The translations under genes and the position numbers were made by a program. Positions 18,622 through 24,000 of a stretch of DNA of 24,000 nucleotides are shown piece by piece. Position 1 is the stretch's first letter, and each line of letters starts with the position of its first letter. Where the stretch lies: positions 53,795 to 77,794 of the forward strand of contig JAXHTY010000022.1 in the NCBI GenBank assembly GCA_034189905.1. The letters are read 5' to 3'. The stretch is from Thermodesulfobacteriota bacterium. Its GTDB lineage: Bacteria; Desulfobacterota; Desulfobacteria; Desulfobacterales; Desulfosudaceae. Below the pieces are notes generated by a model. It searched no databases, was not told the DNA's origin, and was given only the letters and a program-made list of their open reading frames with translations.

Positions 18622-20289
18622 TTGAATAGAAAAAATAAAACGATGACCGTATGCATGGCATTAACGCTTCTTCTCTGCCAACTTGCATTCGCAAACCAGC
18701 CCTCTCAAACAGGAGAAAGGCAGTTGATGACGGATATTTCTGTCGATGAACTGGCAACCATCATCGGCAGAGGATTTATTGCCAGCCTGAGCCCCGAGGA
18801 AATTGAAGAGATCAACGCCCGCGGCATCACCGCCCCCGATATTCTGGATATGAAAACTAAAGATCTCGCCCGTATCAGTGCCCGCGGTGTCACATATGTC
18901 TTTGATACATCCAAAGTCACCGATGAGGACCTTCAGGATATCGCCGGTCGCGGAACAGTCCAGGAAATCGGTCGCTCGCCTTACTCTGTACAGGTTGGAG
19001 TCTTTAAGGTAAAGGAGAATGCGCTTTCCCTGCTTAAGGAGCTGGAGGGGAAAGGGTATGAACCTTATATTTTCCAGACCATTGGCGATGCCGATGAAAA
19101 ACTGTTTGCAGTCCGGCTTGGCGACTATGAAGATGTAAAAGACGCCTACGCCGCGGTAACGCACTTCAAATCAAAAGAAAAAAAACCGGCTGTGGTCACC
19201 TATATCAACTCCCTGAAAACCGTTCAAAAAGCAGATCTTATGCAGGAGGAGGCCACCACGAGACTTTCTGATGAATTGTCCGCTGCGGACTTCGAAGATG
19301 AAAACCTGAACTCCCTTTACAGGGAATTAACCGCATTACGCAAAGAGGTGGATCAACTCAAGGCTGAAGCCGAAGCCCGTGAAAAGCTTCGCATGACAGA
19401 AGCCGAGGAGGAAAAAGAAGAGGAAGAAATCCTCTCTGCCGCCGGCAGGGAATACACCATGGCACAAAAAGGGACCCTGACCTTTGATTATTCATTTGGA
19501 TATACGTTTAACACTTATGAACAGGTCAGTGTGGCCTCCACAGCGACATCCGCAACCTCTTACCAGGTTGACCATGTCAACGGCCATACCCTGAGAAACA
19601 GCGTTGCCACGGGATACTCGCTGTTTGACAACCTCAAGGTAACCGCCTCTGTTCCGTTTGTGTACAAATATCAAAAACTGGGCCGTATCGGTTCCAAAGA
19701 TGTCAGTGACATCGGCGACATCTCGCTGGGCGCGAACTGGCAGCCAATCAAAGCCGGCGGAAACTTCCCCGCAACCATCCTTACAACCAATATCAACATA
19801 CCTACCGGGCGAAGTCCTTATGAAATCAATCCCGACGTTGACATTGCTACCGGTTCGGGGGTTTATTCCGCCACTGTGGGTTTTACCGCCAGCAAAACCA
19901 TTGATCCCATCGTGGCGTATGGCGGTATGGGATATACCCACTCCCTTGAAGAATCCGGCCTGAACCAGCAATTGTCTTCCGGCAACGTTCTTGACAGTGT
20001 TGAACCCAAGGGTGTTATCAGTACCAGCCTGGGCGTAGGCTATGCCATGTCCTACAAGGCCTCCATCTATACTAGCTTCTCTTATTCCTACCTGTTTGGC
20101 GCAACCTATAAATATGCGAATGGCAGTGATGCCTCCACCGGAAATTCAGCAACCGCCAGCCTAGTGGTGGGAACGGGCTGGAAAATATCGCCTGAGCGGA
20201 CTGTCAGCATAAACCTGGGCCTGGGGTTGACCAATGAGGCATCCGACTTTGCCTTCTCCTTCAGGCTCCCCTTTGATTTTGAGATGTAA
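18622..20289 (+). CDS. Exported SPOR-domain + coiled-coil + beta-barrel outer membrane protein; putative fibre exporter with four N-terminal double-glycine-like repeats
   Basis: TTG start at 18622 with SD GGGAGG. Signal peptide MNRKNKTMTVCMALTLLLCQLAFA. Repeats at aa 39-111. SPOR-like YSVQVGVFKVKENALSLLKELEGKGYEPYIF...FAVRLGDYEDVKDAYAAV. Coiled coil LYRELTALRKEVDQLKAEAEAREKL. Then an amphipathic beta-barrel-like C-terminal part ending FRLPFDFEM. Confidence 0.82.
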   Translation: MNRKNKTMTVCMALTLLLCQLAFANQPSQTGERQLMTDISVDELATIIGRGFIASLSPEEIEEINARGITAPDILDMKTKDLARISARGVTYVFDTSKVTDEDLQDIAGRGTVQEIGRSPYSVQVGVFKVKENALSLLKELEGKGYEPYIFQTIGDADEKLFAVRLGDYEDVKDAYAAVTHFKSKEKKPAVVTYINSLKTVQKADLMQEEATTRLSDELSAADFEDENLNSLYRELTALRKEVDQLKAEAEAREKLRMTEAEEEKEEEEILSAAGREYTMAQKGTLTFDYSFGYTFNTYEQVSVASTATSATSYQVDHVNGHTLRNSVATGYSLFDNLKVTASVPFVYKYQKLGRIGSKDVSDIGDISLGANWQPIKAGGNFPATILTTNINIPTGRSPYEINPDVDIATGSGVYSATVGFTASKTIDPIVAYGGMGYTHSLEESGLNQQLSSGNVLDSVEPKGVISTSLGVGYAMSYKASIYTSFSYSYLFGATYKYANGSDASTGNSATASLVVGTGWKISPERTVSINLGLGLTNEASDFAFSFRLPFDFEM

Positions 20290-20330
20290 TTCTTTTATCG
20301 TTAAAAGCCATTTGTAGCACAGGAGACTGA

Positions 20331-22070
20331 ATGCGATTGAAAACGCAGACAAGAACAGCACCAATTCTTTTCATAACGGCAGTCGTGTTCCTTCTTTGCA
20401 TTAATGAGAACCGTCTGTGCCATGCCGCCTTTTTTGAAAACATTGCCGTCCATGCCAAGGCCATTTCACTGGCTAATTCATGTGTTGCCTATCCGCCCGG
20501 CCATATGGCAATCCATTACAATCCTGCCGGTCTTTCCAACCTGCATGCCGGTAAACAGCTCAGCCTGGGCCTGCTCACAGCGGATCTTTCCATTGAATCG
20601 AGCTTTAATGCAGATCCGGATTTTGACGGCTGGCTGGACACATTCAGTAATCAGGATGACCCCCTGGACGGCACGAACAGCAGCGTTGAAGGCTGGCATC
20701 TATATATGCCGATACTGGGCGAACAGGATACCGACATCATTGGTGTGGACACGCCCGCCGGGTTTCTTCCGGCTGCGCCGTTCCCGTTAGGATTGTCATA
20801 CCGGGAGCCAGGATCCCGATGGACATTCGGATTTGGTGCCTATGCCCCGACGGTTGGCGGTTATTACCGGTCGGATGCGGATCCCGGCCGCTATAACGGG
20901 CGGGCAGTATCAATGCAACAAATAACATACGCTGCGCCGTCTGTCAGTTACCAGCTCACAGACACACTATCGCTCGGCCTGACCGTCAGCTTAAGCCAGG
21001 GCGCCACTCAGATGGATCTGGATATGCGCATGCCCAACGACCTGATGGCTCTGACCAAAACACTTGGCGATGCAACAGAAGGATTGACCATTCCGATTGT
21101 CTCTCAGTTAACCCTTCCCGCCCCGTGGTTTGGCGGCGGCATCGGGCCGTATGAGGATTTTGCCAACCTGAACATCAAAAGCCGAGACGACTATTGTCCC
21201 GGATATAATATCGGCCTTTTATGGGAACCCAAAAACTGGTTTTCTTTTGGTGCCAATTATCAAAGCAAGGTCCGTATGGAACAGCAGGGTACATATAAAT
21301 TCAGTTATAATGAGAACTGGCAGCGTATGGTAAACTGGTTTGGCAGTTCCGTGCTGTTATTGCCCATTTCAGTCATGCTTGACCTTCCCTATAATGCAAC
21401 CCCCTATCAGGCCGGTAACGTTTATATGGATGGATTTGATGCGCCCCAGCGTGTCCAGATGGGGGTTATGCTCAGGCCCTTCAAGCGACTGCGACTGATG
21501 TGTGATGCCCACTGGATCGACTATTCTGAAACAAAAAAATGGACCATTCAATTCGATCAGAACATCCAGGTACTTCAACTGGCAAAACTGGTAGGACACG
21601 CAGACGGTTCCAACAGACTGACCTTGACCCGGGATATGGAAGATGAAATTCATATGAGTTACGGCGCAGAACTCCAGCTACTGGAGTGGCTCTTTTTGCG
21701 ATGCGGCTATGAAGACAGAAAAACATCTGTCAGCCGGCAATATTTCGATGTTATTGCACCCGTCCCGGATCTGGATTTTTACGGTGCCGGCTTAGGCATA
21801 AAACTTAAGAGCGGGGTTGAAATTGACCTGTCTGTGGGCTATCTTGAATCCGAAAGATGGTATGTACCCAATAACACCAGCGACAATCTGAATTCAACCG
21901 ATTTCACAGACGCGGTATACAATCCGTATGGCGGCCTTGATGTGTCCGGTGAAATGGATATTACAGTCGTTGCGGCCAATGTGAGTATGCCGTTTAAATA
22001 TATTTATCGCATCAGCAATATTCTCAAGGATTCATTGGAAAAAACAAAAGAACTCATTCCTTTCCATTAA
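20331..22070 (+). CDS. OmpP1/FadL-like outer membrane protein
   Basis: SD AGGAG. Signal-like N-terminus then SLANSCVAYPPGHMAIHYNPAGLSNLHAGKQLSLGL (FadL-type NPAG motif). Alternating beta-barrel pattern with MQMGVMLRPFKRLRLMCDAHWIDYSE-type strands. Confidence 0.8.
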   Translation: MRLKTQTRTAPILFITAVVFLLCINENRLCHAAFFENIAVHAKAISLANSCVAYPPGHMAIHYNPAGLSNLHAGKQLSLGLLTADLSIESSFNADPDFDGWLDTFSNQDDPLDGTNSSVEGWHLYMPILGEQDTDIIGVDTPAGFLPAAPFPLGLSYREPGSRWTFGFGAYAPTVGGYYRSDADPGRYNGRAVSMQQITYAAPSVSYQLTDTLSLGLTVSLSQGATQMDLDMRMPNDLMALTKTLGDATEGLTIPIVSQLTLPAPWFGGGIGPYEDFANLNIKSRDDYCPGYNIGLLWEPKNWFSFGANYQSKVRMEQQGTYKFSYNENWQRMVNWFGSSVLLLPISVMLDLPYNATPYQAGNVYMDGFDAPQRVQMGVMLRPFKRLRLMCDAHWIDYSETKKWTIQFDQNIQVLQLAKLVGHADGSNRLTLTRDMEDEIHMSYGAELQLLEWLFLRCGYEDRKTSVSRQYFDVIAPVPDLDFYGAGLGIKLKSGVEIDLSVGYLESERWYVPNNTSDNLNSTDFTDAVYNPYGGLDVSGEMDITVVAANVSMPFKYIYRISNILKDSLEKTKELIPFH

Positions 22071-22094
22071 ACTCCCAAAGTAACGGTCGAAAAA

Positions 22095-23768
22095 ATGCAA
22101 AAAAAACTGCATGCATGCATGTATTTCTGTCTTATTGCCTTCTTTGCCAATATCACCCCAACGGCCTTTGCAACTACCCTTTCAGAAAATTCTGTAAAAT
22201 TGGGAACCGCGTCAAAAAGTGAAAAAATCTACGCTCAGTCCCTCAAAATCAGCGATGACAAGCAGCACATTGCATATGTATCAAAAAATAAAACAGGCAT
22301 GCGGGTCTGGAAAGATGGTACTCCGGGACCAGTTTATCAGGGCATTTCCATTGAAACGCCTGTGTTTGCACCGGGAAGTGATAAGGTCTGTTACATTGCG
22401 ATTGAAGCAAATCAAATGAGAGCGGTTATTGACGGGGAAAAAGGACCTGTTTTTCAGGCAATCGACAGCCTGACCTTTTCTTATGACGGGACAAGGACAG
22501 GATACCGCTACATTAATAATGCAGAAAAAATGCAAGTCATGATTGACAACAAGCCCGGTCCGGAGTTTGCCAAAATTGCGGATGAACCAGGAATTGTATT
22601 CTCACCGGATGGAAAGCATTTTGCCTATGTGGGCATCAGCAGCACCGGGTCTCATATTCTTGTCAAAAACCATAAAAAACAACAAGCATTTGACGATATC
22701 CAGACCGTCTTGTTCTCTCCTGACGCCAGACATCTTGCCATCGTCGCCAAGCAGGCAGATATGTGGCATGTGATTTTCGACGGGAAAACCGGCAATCCGT
22801 ATAAAAAAATTACGCAACTCTCTTTTTCGCCGGATTCAAATCACATCGTCTATACCGCTCAAAAGCAGAAGCAGTTTGTTGTTGTAAAAGACCATAATGA
22901 ACTGCCATCCGGCCAATCCGCCTTGTCTCCGCAATATTCCCCTGACGGTAAAACACTAGTCTATGCTATGGGAAAAAACAATAAATGGCACCTGGTCGTT
23001 AATGGCAAAGCGGGGCCGCCGGTAGAAAAACCGGGAAAAATCGGTTTCTCTGAAAAAGGGAGTCATTTTGCATACTCGGCATTAATGGACGATCAGTGGA
23101 CGGTTTTTTTTGATAACAAAAAAGGGCCGCTTTTCGACAATATCACCTATCTGGATTTCTCACCATATGACCCTACACTTGTCTATATTGCCCACAAGAA
23201 AGACCACCAGTGCATTGTCAAAAACCAGATCCCTGATGTCTTTTATGATTCGGTCGGCTTGCCAGTGTTTTCTGGAAAACCAAACGGCCATTTCGCTTAT
23301 GTTGCACTGGACACGCAGCAGCACAAAACATTCATAATTGAAAATATCGCCGGCAGTACTAAAAAACACGAACCATTTGATATGATCGGTATTCTAATGG
23401 CCGATAAAAAAGGCGATCCCTTTTATGCCGCCCAGCGTCCGTTTTTCTCTGCAGATGGCCGGCATATGGCCTATCCTGTCATCCACAACAAGAAAAGTCT
23501 CATGGTGGTAGATAACAAACCCCAGAAACGGTTTGATGTGGTTTCCAGGCCATATTTTTCTCCTGATGGCACTCATGTCGCGTATATGGCAAAGACCAAT
23601 GACAGATGGTTTGTAGTGGTGGACGGTAAAACAGGCAAAAAAAGCTTTGACAGTTTTCTCAAGGAGGGAGGTATCGTTTTTGATGGACCGGACCGTTTTT
23701 CCGTGCTTGCCTTAAACCTGCCGGGGCCTGATTTCTACCGGCTTACGGTGAACATCAAATCGAATTAA
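22095..23768 (+). CDS. Exported PD40/TolB-like beta-propeller protein
   Basis: 557 aa. Signal-like N-terminus MQKKLHACMYFCLIAFFANITPTAFA. Repeated VVxDGKxGxxxxxIxxxxFSPDGxHxAYxA units (e.g. HVIFDGKTGNPYKKITQLSFSPDSNHIVYTA; VVVDNKPQKRFDVVSRPYFSPDGTHVAYMA). Confidence 0.82.
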   Translation: MQKKLHACMYFCLIAFFANITPTAFATTLSENSVKLGTASKSEKIYAQSLKISDDKQHIAYVSKNKTGMRVWKDGTPGPVYQGISIETPVFAPGSDKVCYIAIEANQMRAVIDGEKGPVFQAIDSLTFSYDGTRTGYRYINNAEKMQVMIDNKPGPEFAKIADEPGIVFSPDGKHFAYVGISSTGSHILVKNHKKQQAFDDIQTVLFSPDARHLAIVAKQADMWHVIFDGKTGNPYKKITQLSFSPDSNHIVYTAQKQKQFVVVKDHNELPSGQSALSPQYSPDGKTLVYAMGKNNKWHLVVNGKAGPPVEKPGKIGFSEKGSHFAYSALMDDQWTVFFDNKKGPLFDNITYLDFSPYDPTLVYIAHKKDHQCIVKNQIPDVFYDSVGLPVFSGKPNGHFAYVALDTQQHKTFIIENIAGSTKKHEPFDMIGILMADKKGDPFYAAQRPFFSADGRHMAYPVIHNKKSLMVVDNKPQKRFDVVSRPYFSPDGTHVAYMAKTNDRWFVVVDGKTGKKSFDSFLKEGGIVFDGPDRFSVLALNLPGPDFYRLTVNIKSN

Positions 23769-23821
23769 CCGGGCACATTTGCAGAAGGCCCTATTCATCA
23801 GGCTTTTTTATTTATGAACTA

Positions 23822-23999
23822 GTGTCCATCCATTTCACATGGACGGCACAATCTGAAGTTTCCAATCCAGAAATGTGAATTTTTTCGCAAGATCAAGGAA
23901 AACAAGGGGTTGCGCGGAGGCGTACTGGATGTACGCCGCACAAGCAAGCCCGCAGTTTGACGCAGATATTGCGGGAAAAGGCCATTTATGGATGGAAAC
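23822..23999. repeat. Possible small non-autonomous (MITE/REP-like) element, possibly extending past the window edge
   Basis: Terminal inverted repeats GTGTCCATCCAT (23822-23833)/ATGGATGGAAAC (23988-23999), 11 of 12 matching. Internal hairpins GGCGTAC-TGGAT-GTACGCC (23919-23937) and CCCGCA (23949-23954)/TGCGGG (23970-23975). No ORF. Confidence 0.5.
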
Positions 24000-24000
24000 G

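Noticed and set aside
22108-22123. TGCATGCATGCATG tetranucleotide repeat in the signal peptide of the propeller gene, considered as a phase-variable tract
   Set aside because: Only about 3.5 units, too short to argue for slippage-based phase variation.
23783-23815. Intrinsic terminator after the last gene (ggccctattcatcaggctttttta)
   Set aside because: The stem is only 3-4 bp before the T-run, too weak to call with confidence.
1-24000. CRISPR arrays, tRNA/rRNA genes, transposases, toxin-antitoxin or phage-defence genes
   Set aside because: No regularly spaced repeats, cloverleaf signatures or recognisable products of these classes were seen. The periodicity present is protein-level TPR and propeller repetition inside coding sequence.

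Overview
The window looks like one continuous accessory locus from an apparently deltaproteobacterial-type genome (taxonomy is inferred). All complete genes are on the + strand, and one truncated gene is divergent at the left edge. (i) Nt 1-1025 (-) is the 5' part of a large exported protein. (ii) Nt 1463-15183 holds SIX tandem paralogues of a multi-TM, TMTC-like (putative GT-C glycosyltransferase) plus TPR protein. (iii) A ~530 bp regulatory region contains a candidate promoter, inverted repeats and a GEMM-I (cyclic dinucleotide) riboswitch-like leader. (iv) Next is a small, very acidic secreted protein with no Lys, Arg or Cys after its signal peptide, with an N-terminal 'ISDADLGGITGQAGV' motif, followed by a strong terminator. 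(v) Then come a second secreted protein with the same kind of motif, a Sec-exported C39-type (double-glycine) peptidase, a SPOR + coiled-coil + beta-barrel protein, a FadL/OmpP1-like barrel and a PD40/TolB-like beta-propeller. The unifying observation is a double-glycine-leader-like motif ([LIVM][ST]xx[DE][LI]xx[IV]x[GA][GQR]G). It follows the signal peptides of three putative fibre/surface proteins and is repeated four times at the N-terminus of the barrel protein, next to a periplasmic C39 peptidase. This suggests a surface-fibre or amyloid-like export and processing system, analogous to Pseudomonas Fap or the putative 'Fil' pilus loci, possibly controlled by a cyclic dinucleotide and possibly glycosylated by the six-gene array. 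A possible MITE-like repeat lies at the right edge. No tRNA, rRNA or CRISPR array was seen.
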